64,000 bases of DNA from Alphaproteobacteria bacterium (lineage in GTDB: Bacteria; Pseudomonadota; Alphaproteobacteria; JAPOUT01; G958296285). The stretch covers positions 4,394 through 68,393 of the forward strand of contig CBDBFH010000019.1 of the NCBI GenBank assembly GCA_965204775.1. The letters are read 5' to 3'. The notes beneath the pieces were generated by a model. That model was not told the DNA's origin and did no database searches. It saw only the letters and a program-made list of their open reading frames with translations. Positions 19,795-28,183 of this stretch are shown in pieces (positions within the stretch are counted from its first letter, which is position 1; the number at the start of each line of letters is the position of its first letter). A program made the position numbers and the translations under genes.

Positions 19795-21594
19795 ATGGGT
19801 GTCATCAAGCGGCTGCGCAATGAGCTGGCGACGCTGGCCAGCGGGATTCGGCTTCAGCGCCGGCTGAAGGAGATTCGCGAAAATCCGGCTTTGACCTTTT
19901 CGGAGCGGATTGCGGCGCGGGCGGCGCAGACGCCGGATGCGCCGGCGATTTTTTACGAAGACGACGTCATGACCTACCGCGCCTACAATGCGCGCAGCGA
20001 TGCCTATGCCCACTGGCTCAGGTCGCAGGGTCTGGCGGCGGGCGAGGTGGTTGCCCTGAACATGGAGAACCGGCCCGATTATCTGTGCGCCTGGCTGGGG
20101 ATCGTCCGGGCCGGGGGGACGGCGGCGCTGATCAACACCAACCAGACGGGGCGGGTTCTGGCCCATTCGCTGAACATTTCGGGGGCGCGGCGTCTGATTT
20201 TGGGGGCGGAGATGGCGCACAATCATGCGACGTGCACCGGCGAGCTGGAGCGCGAGATGGAGGTCTGGGCCCAGGGGGGTGCGATTCAGGGCATGAAGGA
20301 TCTGGACGCGGCCCTGGCCGAGCAGCCGCAGGAGGCTTTTGCCGCCGACGCGGCCCACACGCCCGCGCCAACCGATGTTGCGCTTTATATTTACACCAGC
20401 GGGACGACGGGCCTGCCGAAAGCGGCGAAGATTTCACATTTCCGCCTGCTCAACATGATGGGCGGCTTTGCCACGATCAGCCGCGCCGGCCCCAGGGACC
20501 GGGTTTATATCGTTCTGCCGCTTTATCATTCGGCGGGCGGGGTGTGCGCGGTGGGGATGGGGCTGTTGAGCGGCGGGGCGGTGATTTTGCGCCGGCGCTT
20601 TTCGGCCTCGGCCTTCTGGGAGGACGCGGTGCGCTATCAAGCGACAATTTTTCAGTATATCGGCGAGTTGTGCCGCTACATGCTCAATGCGCCGCCGCAC
20701 CCGCAGGAGGGCGCGCACGCGATTCGGCTGGCGGTGGGCAACGGCTTGCGGCCCGAGATCTGGCCGAAGTTTCAGGAGCGCTTCCGGATTCCGAAGATTC
20801 TCGAGTTTTACGGGGCGACGGAGGGCAATGTGGCCCTGATGAATTTTGACGGCACGGTGGGGGCGGTTGGCCGGATTCCGGGATGGGCGAAGAAGATGTC
20901 GGAAGTCGAGCTGGTGCGCTTTGACACCGAGCGCGAAGAGGTCGTGCGCAACGCGCAGGGCCTGTGCGAGCTGTGCGGCGACGGCGAGACGGGCGAAGCG
21001 GTCGGCAAGATCATCACCGACGATCCGGAGCGCGCGGCGACCCGTTTTGAAGGCTATGCCGATGCGGCGGCGACGCAAAAGAAGCTTCTGCGCGACGTCT
21101 GCGAGAAGGGGGACACCTGGTTTCGCACCGGCGATCTGCTGCGCCGCGACCGGCAGGGCTATTACTATTTTGTTGACCGGATCGGCGACACCTTTCGCTG
21201 GAAGGGGGAGAATGTCGCGACCTCGGAAGTGGCCGAGGCGATTGCGACCTTTCCCGGGGTTGACGAGGTGAATGTTTACGGCGTTGCGGTTCCCGGCGCG
21301 GACGGGCGCGCCGGGATGGCGGCGATTGTCGCGCCGGAGCTGGACCTGGCGAAGTTCCAGACCTATCTGGACGGCCAGCTGCCGGCCTATGCCCGGCCCG
21401 TGTTTTTGCGCCTGCAGGAGAAGATCGAGATTACGGTGACCTTCAAGCACCGCAAGGTCGATCTGGTCAAGGAAGGGTTTGATCCGGAGGCAATCGGCGA
21501 ACCGCTCTATTTTGCCGATCCGCAGGCGAAGGCCTATGTCCGTCTGGACGCGGCGCTTTACCGGCGGATCACCGGGGGCGAGGTCCGGCTTTGA
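19795..21594 (+). CDS. long-chain/very-long-chain fatty-acid-CoA ligase (AMP-dependent synthetase, FATP-like)
   Basis: AMP-binding motif YTSGTTGLPKAA and an adenylate-forming enzyme core. Start chosen at MGVIKRL downstream of the tRNA, because the six-frame ORF starts inside the tRNA. Confidence 0.85.
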   Translation: MGVIKRLRNELATLASGIRLQRRLKEIRENPALTFSERIAARAAQTPDAPAIFYEDDVMTYRAYNARSDAYAHWLRSQGLAAGEVVALNMENRPDYLCAWLGIVRAGGTAALINTNQTGRVLAHSLNISGARRLILGAEMAHNHATCTGELEREMEVWAQGGAIQGMKDLDAALAEQPQEAFAADAAHTPAPTDVALYIYTSGTTGLPKAAKISHFRLLNMMGGFATISRAGPRDRVYIVLPLYHSAGGVCAVGMGLLSGGAVILRRRFSASAFWEDAVRYQATIFQYIGELCRYMLNAPPHPQEGAHAIRLAVGNGLRPEIWPKFQERFRIPKILEFYGATEGNVALMNFDGTVGAVGRIPGWAKKMSEVELVRFDTEREEVVRNAQGLCELCGDGETGEAVGKIITDDPERAATRFEGYADAAATQKKLLRDVCEKGDTWFRTGDLLRRDRQGYYYFVDRIGDTFRWKGENVATSEVAEAIATFPGVDEVNVYGVAVPGADGRAGMAAIVAPELDLAKFQTYLDGQLPAYARPVFLRLQEKIEITVTFKHRKVDLVKEGFDPEAIGEPLYFADPQAKAYVRLDAALYRRITGGEVRL

Positions 21595-23048
21595 GGGACG
21601 GCGCGGGACCGGCGCCGGGCGAGGTTCTCGATTTCTGGTTTGAGGCCGGCGCCCGGCGCTGGTTCGGTTCTCACCCGGCCTTTGACCGGGCGATTGCTTG
21701 GCGCTTCGGCGGCCTGCTGGCCGCGGCGCGGGGCGATCAGCTGGAGGAGTGGAGGCAGACCCCGCAAGGCGCGCTGGCTTTGGTGATCGTGCTTGACCAA
21801 TTTGCGCGCAACATTGGCCGGGGCACGGCAGAGGCTTTTGCCGCCGACCGGCAGGCGCTGGCGGCGGCGCGCGCGGCGATCGGGCGCAGGCTTGATCTTG
21901 AGATGCCGGAAGCGGCGCGGGTCTGGTTTTACATGCCCTTCATGCATGCCGAGGACCGGGCGGCGCAGGCGGAGGGGCTGCCCTATTTTGCCGAACGGAT
22001 CAGCGCGCCGGAGACGCTGCAATTTGCCCGCCGCCACGCCGAGGTGATTGCCCGTTTTGGCCGCTTCCCCCACCGCAACCGGATTTTGGGGCGGGTGAGC
22101 AGCGCGGCGGAGGCGGATTTTCTGGAATCGGGCGGCGGCTTTGACGCGGATGCCCCCGCCCCGGCCTTTGTCCGCACCGGCCAGGGCGTCCGGCTGGCCT
22201 GCGAGGTCTACGATCCGCCGGAGAAGACGGACAAAGCGCCGGTTTTGCTGATACGCGGTCTGGGAACCCAGCTGATTATGTGGCCCTATGAGCTGATCGA
22301 GGGCTTGTGCCGGACGGGACGGCGGGTGGTGATTTTTGACAACCGGGATTGCGGCCTCTCAGACAGGTGTCCGCAAGGGGGTTATGGGCTGGCCGACATG
22401 GCGGCGGACGCAGCCGGCCTGCTTGACGGGTTGAAGATTCCGGCGGCCCATGTGATCGGCATCTCGATGGGGGGGATGATCGCGCAGCATATGGGGTTCG
22501 GCTTTGGGCCGCGGGTTGTCAGTTTGACCTCGATCATGTCGACGACCGGCAACCGTGGGCTTTCGCGCGCCGCGCCAGAGGTTTTGGCCCGGGTGATGGC
22601 GCCGGGGGCGGCGGGCGAGGGGGCGGCGGCGGCGATTGCCCGCCTGGTCTCAGGTCTGGAGGCGACCGGCTCGCCGGGGTTTGCGACGCCGCCCGATGAG
22701 CTGCGGCGGATGGCGCGGATGGCCTATGAGCGCGCCTGGGCGCCTGAGGGGGTGGCGCGCCAGCTGCGGGCGATTGAGGCCGATGGCGACCGCCGGCAAC
22801 GTCTGGGCGCGATCGGCGCGCCGGCCCTGGTTATACATGGACGTGACGACCGGCTGATTCCGCCGGACGGCGGCGAGGATACGGCGCGCGCGATTCCCGG
22901 GGCGCGGCTTGCGCTGGTGTCCGGCATGGGGCACGATATGGCGCGCGGTCTTGTGCCGCACATTCTGGCGCAGCTTGCGCCCCATCTGGACCGTAGCGAG
23001 GGAGGATCCGGCGATGACGGCGATCAAGGCGAACGGCATCACGATTGA
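21591..23048 (+). CDS. fusion protein: N-terminal DUF924 domain + C-terminal alpha/beta hydrolase
   Basis: The first ~185 aa carry the DUF924 signature (FWF..W.. RFGRFPHRNRILGR). The remainder is an alpha/beta hydrolase (VLLIRGLG, GISMGGMIAQ). Single uninterrupted 485-aa ORF. Confidence 0.7.
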   Translation: MRDGAGPAPGEVLDFWFEAGARRWFGSHPAFDRAIAWRFGGLLAAARGDQLEEWRQTPQGALALVIVLDQFARNIGRGTAEAFAADRQALAAARAAIGRRLDLEMPEAARVWFYMPFMHAEDRAAQAEGLPYFAERISAPETLQFARRHAEVIARFGRFPHRNRILGRVSSAAEADFLESGGGFDADAPAPAFVRTGQGVRLACEVYDPPEKTDKAPVLLIRGLGTQLIMWPYELIEGLCRTGRRVVIFDNRDCGLSDRCPQGGYGLADMAADAAGLLDGLKIPAAHVIGISMGGMIAQHMGFGFGPRVVSLTSIMSTTGNRGLSRAAPEVLARVMAPGAAGEGAAAAIARLVSGLEATGSPGFATPPDELRRMARMAYERAWAPEGVARQLRAIEADGDRRQRLGAIGAPALVIHGRDDRLIPPDGGEDTARAIPGARLALVSGMGHDMARGLVPHILAQLAPHLDRSEGGSGDDGDQGERHHD

Positions 23049-23928
23049 ATACGAGACGTTTGGCGACAGGAGCGATCCGGCGCTTTTGCTGGTGATGGGT
23101 CTGGGGGGGCAGTTGACGCTGTGGCCGGAGGCTTTTTGCCGACTTCTGGCGGACAGGGGCTTTTACGTGATTCGCTATGACAACCGGGACATCGGCCTGT
23201 CGGAGAAGTTTGACAGCGCGGGGCTTCCTGATCTGGCGGCGGCGATGGCGGCGGCCTATGGAGGCAAGAAGCTGACGCCGCCCTATAGTCTGGCCGACAT
23301 GGCGGCGGACGGGATCGGTCTGCTGGATGGGCTGGGGATCGAGCGGGCGCATATTGCCGGGGCCTCGATGGGGGGGATGATTGTTCAGCATATGGGCTTT
23401 GGCTTTCCGGAGCGGGTTTTGAGTTTGACCTCGATCATGTCGACGACGGGCGACTTGTCTTTGCCGCAGCCGTCGCCTGAGGTTTTGGGGGCCTTGCTGG
23501 CCCCGGCGGCGCCGCTGGAGGACCGGGAAGCGGTCATCGCGCAAGGGATCAAGCTGTGGCAGACGATTGGCTCGCCGGGGTATCCGCAGGATGAAGCGGA
23601 GTTGCGCAGGCGGGTTGGCGAGATGGTGGAGCGCTCCTATCACCCTGCCGGGGTTGCGCGGCAGATGGTGGCGATCATGGCGGACGGCTCGCGGCGCGAG
23701 CGTCTGAAGGGCGTGCGTGCGCCCAGCGTTGTTTTGCATGGGCGTGCCGATCCGCTTGTTCTGGTTCAAGGCGGCGAAGACACCGCGGCGCATATTGAGG
23801 GCGCGGAGCTGCGGATGATCGAGGGCTGGGGCCATGATCTGCCGGAGGCTTTGTTTGAGCAGATTGCCGACGGGATTGCGAGCGCGGCGCGGCGGGCGGA
23901 TTCGGCGGCGGGCTTGGCGGCGGAATAG
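23014..23928 (+). CDS. alpha/beta hydrolase (tandem paralog of the hydrolase domain of the upstream gene)
   Basis: Extended near-identical motifs with the upstream gene (ADMAAD..GLLDGL, SMGGMI.QHMGFGF, LTSIMSTTG). Start at MTAIKANG overlaps the upstream gene by 35 bp. Confidence 0.8.
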   Translation: MTAIKANGITIEYETFGDRSDPALLLVMGLGGQLTLWPEAFCRLLADRGFYVIRYDNRDIGLSEKFDSAGLPDLAAAMAAAYGGKKLTPPYSLADMAADGIGLLDGLGIERAHIAGASMGGMIVQHMGFGFPERVLSLTSIMSTTGDLSLPQPSPEVLGALLAPAAPLEDREAVIAQGIKLWQTIGSPGYPQDEAELRRRVGEMVERSYHPAGVARQMVAIMADGSRRERLKGVRAPSVVLHGRADPLVLVQGGEDTAAHIEGAELRMIEGWGHDLPEALFEQIADGIASAARRADSAAGLAAE

Positions 23929-23930
23929 AC

Positions 23931-24007
23931 GCGCCCGTAGCTCAGCCGGATAGAGCACCGGATTCCTAATCCGGGGGCCGCAGGTTCGAATCCTGCCGGG
24001 CGCACCC
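23931..24007 (+). tRNA. tRNA-Arg (anticodon CCU)
   Basis: GCGCCCG acceptor, D-arm UAGCUCAGCCGGAUAGAGCA, anticodon loop UUCCUAA, T-arm GGUUCGAAUCC, 3' CGGGCGC-A-CC. Confidence 0.9.
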
Positions 24008-24029
24008 CTATCCGATCCGAGGAGGCGGC

Positions 24030-25148
24030 ATGAACAACCTGACGCCGGCAGACGACTATCCGCTGCACCAGACCGCCGAGCCGATCGCTTTTGCCGGCGC
24101 GGACCGCAATTTTTACGACCGCTTCTTCTTCAACGGCTATGACGCCGGACAGGATGTCTTTTTTGCCGCGGCGCTGGGCGTCTATCCCCAGCTCAACGTC
24201 ATGGACGCCGCCGTCTGCCTGTCGCTCGACGGGACGCAATACAATCTGCGCGCCTCGAAAGACATGAAGATGGACAGGCTCAATCTTCAAGTCGGGCCGA
24301 TTCGGATCACGCTCGCCCAGCCGCTTGCCCGCACCCTGATTGAGGTCGCCGACAACCCCCACGGACTGAGCGGGCATCTGGAAGCGCGCGCGCGCCACCC
24401 GGCCATTGAAGAGCCGCGCTTCACCCGGCGCATCGGGCCGCGCGGATTTATGGATTACACCCGCCTTACGCAAAACATCAGCTGGCAGGGGTCGCTGACT
24501 CTTAAAGGGCGGAAAATCGATCTCACCGGCTTCCAGGGCACCCGCGACCGCAGCTGGGGGGTGCGCCCGGTCGGGGCAGCCGATCCGCAGCCGCCGTCCC
24601 GGGAGATGCAATTCTACTGGCTGTGGACGCCCGCCAATTTCGCCGGCCACGCCCTGTTCTGCCACAGCAACGACGACGCGCAGGGCGCGGCATGGAACCG
24701 GCGCGCCGTGCTGGCGGATCTGGCGCGGGGCGCGCAGCAGCAAACGCATTTCCGCCGCGTTGCGCTCAGCCCGGCCTACCAAAGCGGCACGCGGCGGATT
24801 GAATCGCTCGGCCTCGAACTGCGCGAAGGGGATCAAAGGATTGAGGCGCAGATGGAAGCGACCGGGCGGCTCTTCTATATGAGCGGGCTAGGCTACACCC
24901 ACCCGCACTGGTCGCATGGTCTTGATCACGGCGCGCTGGAGGTCGGGTTTGACGAGATGGAGCTGGACAAGGCGGAAGCGCAATTGCGCTCCGGCACGAT
25001 GCATCATCTGCATGTGCAGGCTCTGAGCCGGGTCGCGCTGATGCGGGGCGGGGAGCGCTATGAGGGGAGCGGCGTGATTGAGCAGTTGTTCATCGGCCCC
25101 CATGCGCCGAGCGGCTTTGCGGGGCTGCTCGACCGGATCACGGACTGA
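24030..25148 (+). CDS. hypothetical protein (372 aa), conserved-looking but unrecognised
   Basis: High-GC coding-like ORF immediately downstream of tRNA-Arg. Stop overlaps the next gene's start (TGATG). No motif I can name. Confidence 0.5.
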   Translation: MNNLTPADDYPLHQTAEPIAFAGADRNFYDRFFFNGYDAGQDVFFAAALGVYPQLNVMDAAVCLSLDGTQYNLRASKDMKMDRLNLQVGPIRITLAQPLARTLIEVADNPHGLSGHLEARARHPAIEEPRFTRRIGPRGFMDYTRLTQNISWQGSLTLKGRKIDLTGFQGTRDRSWGVRPVGAADPQPPSREMQFYWLWTPANFAGHALFCHSNDDAQGAAWNRRAVLADLARGAQQQTHFRRVALSPAYQSGTRRIESLGLELREGDQRIEAQMEATGRLFYMSGLGYTHPHWSHGLDHGALEVGFDEMELDKAEAQLRSGTMHHLHVQALSRVALMRGGERYEGSGVIEQLFIGPHAPSGFAGLLDRITD

Positions 25149-26188
25149 TGGCGGGGCTTCCCGATCATCCCGACAAATTTGATCCGGACTGGCTGGCGGG
25201 CAAGCTGGGGCGCGCGGCGGGGTCGCTGCGGGGCTGGACGCTTCAGCCGGTCGGCACCGGCCAGATGGGCGACAGTTACCGGCTGGTGCTGGACTGGGCG
25301 GGCGGGTCCGGGCGGCCGGCGACGATCATCGCCAAATGCCCGGCGGCGGACCGGCAAAGCCGCGAGACCGGGCGGCGGCTGCACAGTTATGAGGTTGAGG
25401 TGCGCTGGTATGAGCGGTTTGCGGCGCGGGCGAAGATTCGGGTTCCGCACTGTTATTTCACCCGGCTGGACGCGGCGGGCGATTTTGTTCTTCTGATGGA
25501 GGATGTCGCGCCGGCGCGGGCCGGCGACCAGCTTGCCGGGGGCACGGCGGCGCAGGTGCGTCTGGCGATTTCGGAGATTGCGCATTTGCATAATTTTCGG
25601 TGGAACGATCCGGCTCTGGTCGGGATTGACTGGCTGAATTACACGCGTGGCAACCGCGGATTTTTGCGCGAGTTTATTGCCCAGTGCTATCCGGAATGGC
25701 GGCGGCGCTATGCGGGTCGGCTTGACCGGGAGGTTCTGGAGATGGGGGCGGCGCTGGTGGCACGCCTTGAGCGCTATTTTGGCGATCGCGGTGCGCCGCT
25801 GGCGATCACCCACAATGATTTGCGTCTGGACAATATTCTGTTCACCGACGCGGCGGGGCGGGCGGTGATTGTTGACTGGCAGACGATTGGGGCGGGTGCG
25901 CCGATGAGCGATGTTGCCTATTGCATTGGGACCAGTTTTGCCGATCCGGCTTTGCGGGCGGGTGCGGAAGCGGGTTTGGTGGAGCATTATGTTTCGCTGC
26001 TGACGGGGTCCTATGATGGGGAGCGAGCCTGGCGGGATTACCGCTTTGGGGCCTTTGGCGGTTTTGTGATGGCGGTGGTTGCAGCCCAGCTGGTTGAGCG
26101 GACCGGTCGGGGTGACGAGATGTTTGCGGTGATGGCCGAGCGTTCGGGCTGGCAGGCGCTCCATCTTGACAGCCTCGCGCTGTTGTAG
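25148..26188 (+). CDS. phosphotransferase family protein (APH/ChoK-like kinase fold)
   Basis: Brenner motif HNDLRLDN and DW..IG (metal-binding D) typical of aminoglycoside/choline-kinase-like phosphotransferases. Confidence 0.75.
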   Translation: MAGLPDHPDKFDPDWLAGKLGRAAGSLRGWTLQPVGTGQMGDSYRLVLDWAGGSGRPATIIAKCPAADRQSRETGRRLHSYEVEVRWYERFAARAKIRVPHCYFTRLDAAGDFVLLMEDVAPARAGDQLAGGTAAQVRLAISEIAHLHNFRWNDPALVGIDWLNYTRGNRGFLREFIAQCYPEWRRRYAGRLDREVLEMGAALVARLERYFGDRGAPLAITHNDLRLDNILFTDAAGRAVIVDWQTIGAGAPMSDVAYCIGTSFADPALRAGAEAGLVEHYVSLLTGSYDGERAWRDYRFGAFGGFVMAVVAAQLVERTGRGDEMFAVMAERSGWQALHLDSLALL

Positions 26189-26238
26189 ATTGGAGCTAGC
26201 GCTGTTCAGAAGCTAACGCCCTGCCGACGGACAAACAT

Positions 26239-26274
26239 CAGCCGGATAGAGCATCGGACTCCTAATCTGGGGGC
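26239..26274 (+). pseudogene. decayed partial copy of tRNA-Arg(CCU) (D-arm to variable-loop segment only)
   Basis: CAGCCGGATAGAGCATCGGACTCCTAATCTGGGGGC matches positions ~12-47 of the intact tRNA-Arg at 23931 with 3 mismatches. The acceptor 5' end and T-arm are missing. A GC-poor sequence begins immediately downstream. Confidence 0.55.
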
Positions 26275-27050
26275 GTAAGTGGTGCCCTGTTAGATTGGGG
26301 ACGCAATGCCCATACTCCCACGCCTTTGCCCTCCGGCATGTAGAAGAGGTCTAGACCACCGCGATAGTTATCAGAGTCCGACGAATGATCCTCTAGGGTA
26401 CGTCGCACTACTGCCTCAAGTGTTCTGGGAACTGAACGCCCGGCGTTGCGACGCTCTTTCTTTATTTCGCGGTAAATGCTGTGTAGCGAAGCCTTCCCGC
26501 CGAGGTGCGAAAGGGTGGCCTTTACATCGTCGCGCCAAGTCACGGTCCCGTCCTCTCGAAACGTTTCATCAAACTCTCCAGTTCCTTCCGTATCCACCTC
26601 GCCTGTCGCTATTCCTCGTCTTGTTGCAATCTTCTTCGGGTCACGTAAATCGGCAACGGGCCGACGCCCGCTCAATTGATCACGGTAGAGCCAATTGACC
26701 CATGCGTTTTCAGTCTTTGCGCCTATTGCCCTGCTGAGCTCGTTTAGGCTCCGAAAGACACGTCCATCTCCTTGCAACACCCAACTGCCGTCACGAGCTT
26801 GCGCTCGATACTCAACCCCGAGGTAAGTGCGAAAAATCTCGAACCCTTGTGCGAAGTGGACACCATGCCGAGCGTCGTAGAAACCCATCCCTCCACTCGG
26901 CGGAGTCGGAGGGGCAGAGGAAGAGTCATCCCGCCTAGGTCCTTGGCAACCCAAGAATCTGTGCAGGATTTCATCCTCTGTGTTCTCATCCGCCCTCCTA
27001 AGGGTCCAGATTCTCGCGAACACGTCTGTCGAGACCTGAATGGCGCGCAT
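26262..27050 (-). CDS. hypothetical protein (262 aa) in low-GC insert; C-terminal region resembles Mrr_N/HARE-HTH winged-helix domain
   Basis: GC visibly lower than neighbours. The C-terminal SLHSIYREIKKERRNAGRSVPRTLEAVVRRTLEDHSS...GGLDLFYMPEGKGVGVWALR resembles the N-terminal winged helix of Mrr-type restriction proteins. The 3' end runs into the tRNA remnant, so the true C-terminus is uncertain. Confidence 0.5.
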   Translation of the reverse strand: MRAIQVSTDVFARIWTLRRADENTEDEILHRFLGCQGPRRDDSSSAPPTPPSGGMGFYDARHGVHFAQGFEIFRTYLGVEYRAQARDGSWVLQGDGRVFRSLNELSRAIGAKTENAWVNWLYRDQLSGRRPVADLRDPKKIATRRGIATGEVDTEGTGEFDETFREDGTVTWRDDVKATLSHLGGKASLHSIYREIKKERRNAGRSVPRTLEAVVRRTLEDHSSDSDNYRGGLDLFYMPEGKGVGVWALRPQSNRAPLTPPD

Positions 27051-27095
27051 TCTCTACTACCTCCATTTCCTCTCTTATAACTCCATATATATAGT

Positions 27096-27389
27096 ATGGA
27101 GGTGGGTAGGGTCAAGAAGAAACTTTCCGGGATTCTAGAGGTAGCAGAATCTCAAGTAATACACTATATACGCGAGCAATTTTGGCCTCCACAGCACAAA
27201 GCGGGGCTATTCGACAATTACTCAACGGGCTATGACGAACGCACGGAGAGGTTCCTTGAACGGTGTGTTCAGTATCTTCACCCGCGCTCATATAGCGCGG
27301 TTGACTTCCGCTACCCTCCACGCCTAGCGGCGGCACAGGCTACCGTTTTGCTCTTCGACTCATTTTACAATCGATGCAGGTCGCGATAG
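27096..27389 (+). CDS. small hypothetical ORF (97 aa) in low-GC insert, possibly a gene fragment
   Basis: AT-rich ORF divergent from 26262-27050. Its last ~8 codons overlap the convergent high-GC gene. No recognisable domain. Confidence 0.25.
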   Translation: MEVGRVKKKLSGILEVAESQVIHYIREQFWPPQHKAGLFDNYSTGYDERTERFLERCVQYLHPRSYSAVDFRYPPRLAAAQATVLLFDSFYNRCRSR

Positions 27390-28057
27390 AGCCGGTCAAA
27401 GGCATAGGCCCCCAGTTCCAGCCCCTGCTCGATCTGCCCGCGCTTGCGCGGATTATCCCAGTAAGGCTCCAGAAGAGCGAAAAACTCCTGCGAATGCTGA
27501 ATGTCCAGCTTGGTGTGCAACTTGTAATGCGCCAGATTGTCCTTGCCAACCCAGCCCCGCTCAATGACGATCCGGGCCATCAGCGCGGAAATGTCGGCAT
27601 AGGCCCGCTCGATCACCCCCATGCAGCCAATCGCCACCGGCAGGGCGTCCAGCGCGCAGGAGGCCGCCAGAACGCAGTTGAAGGCGCGAACCGGCGGCGC
27701 AAGCGGCTGCTGCTCAAAGCCCGCCTCGCTGCCGATCGACCGCAAAAAGGCTTTGAAGGTCGTGGCGTGAAACGCCTTCTCCTCCAGATTGCCGTGCTCT
27801 TCGAGAATATTGTGGATGATGTCGAGCCGGTCGCGCGCATGCGGGATTCGCCCGGCCAGCGCCGCCATCGGACGCGAGAAGAAGATCACCGCAAAATAAA
27901 ACTGCTCCTGACTCTCCCGAAACCGCTCAAGCCCGGTGCCGCCGCCGCGCAGGCCGGCAAAATACGGGTTGCGCATAATCGCGACCCTGTCCAATATCTG
28001 CTCGGCGCGCGCGGCGGCGCGCGGCGCGGAATCGGGTTTTGCGGTCATCGTGGTCAT
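27365..28057 (-). CDS. iron-containing redox enzyme family protein (heme-oxygenase-like fold; PqqC/TenA/CADD-like)
   Basis: 230 aa. Helical protein with E..H and HxxxFK-type motifs (EEHGNLEEKAFHATTFKAFL) reminiscent of the TenA/PqqC family. Confidence 0.6.
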   Translation of the reverse strand: MTTMTAKPDSAPRAAARAEQILDRVAIMRNPYFAGLRGGGTGLERFRESQEQFYFAVIFFSRPMAALAGRIPHARDRLDIIHNILEEHGNLEEKAFHATTFKAFLRSIGSEAGFEQQPLAPPVRAFNCVLAASCALDALPVAIGCMGVIERAYADISALMARIVIERGWVGKDNLAHYKLHTKLDIQHSQEFFALLEPYWDNPRKRGQIEQGLELGAYAFDRLYRDLHRL

Positions 28058-28183
28058 GCGTCAATGTCTCCGGTCCTGGGGTGAATGCGTCCGGCCATTT
28101 TGGGCCGCGGCGGGCGGCGGCGGCGATCACATTGGCAACAAGAAATCTTGCGGGGCCGCCCGCCCGCGCCGCAGGCGGGGGCG

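Noticed and set aside
19346-19820. Two minus-strand ORFs (124 and 134 aa) overlapping the tRNA-Leu and its intron
   Set aside because: They lie inside a structured RNA gene whose conserved elements explain the sequence. They have no coding signal, and the intron is too short for a homing endonuclease.
22831-23958. 375-aa minus-strand ORF
   Set aside because: It is antisense to the two hydrolase genes and has no motifs.
26189-26238. AGCTAGCGCTGTTCAGAAGCTAACGCC palindrome-like stretch before the tRNA remnant
   Set aside because: Only short imperfect symmetry is present. It could be part of an old att site, but I cannot support that from the sequence alone.
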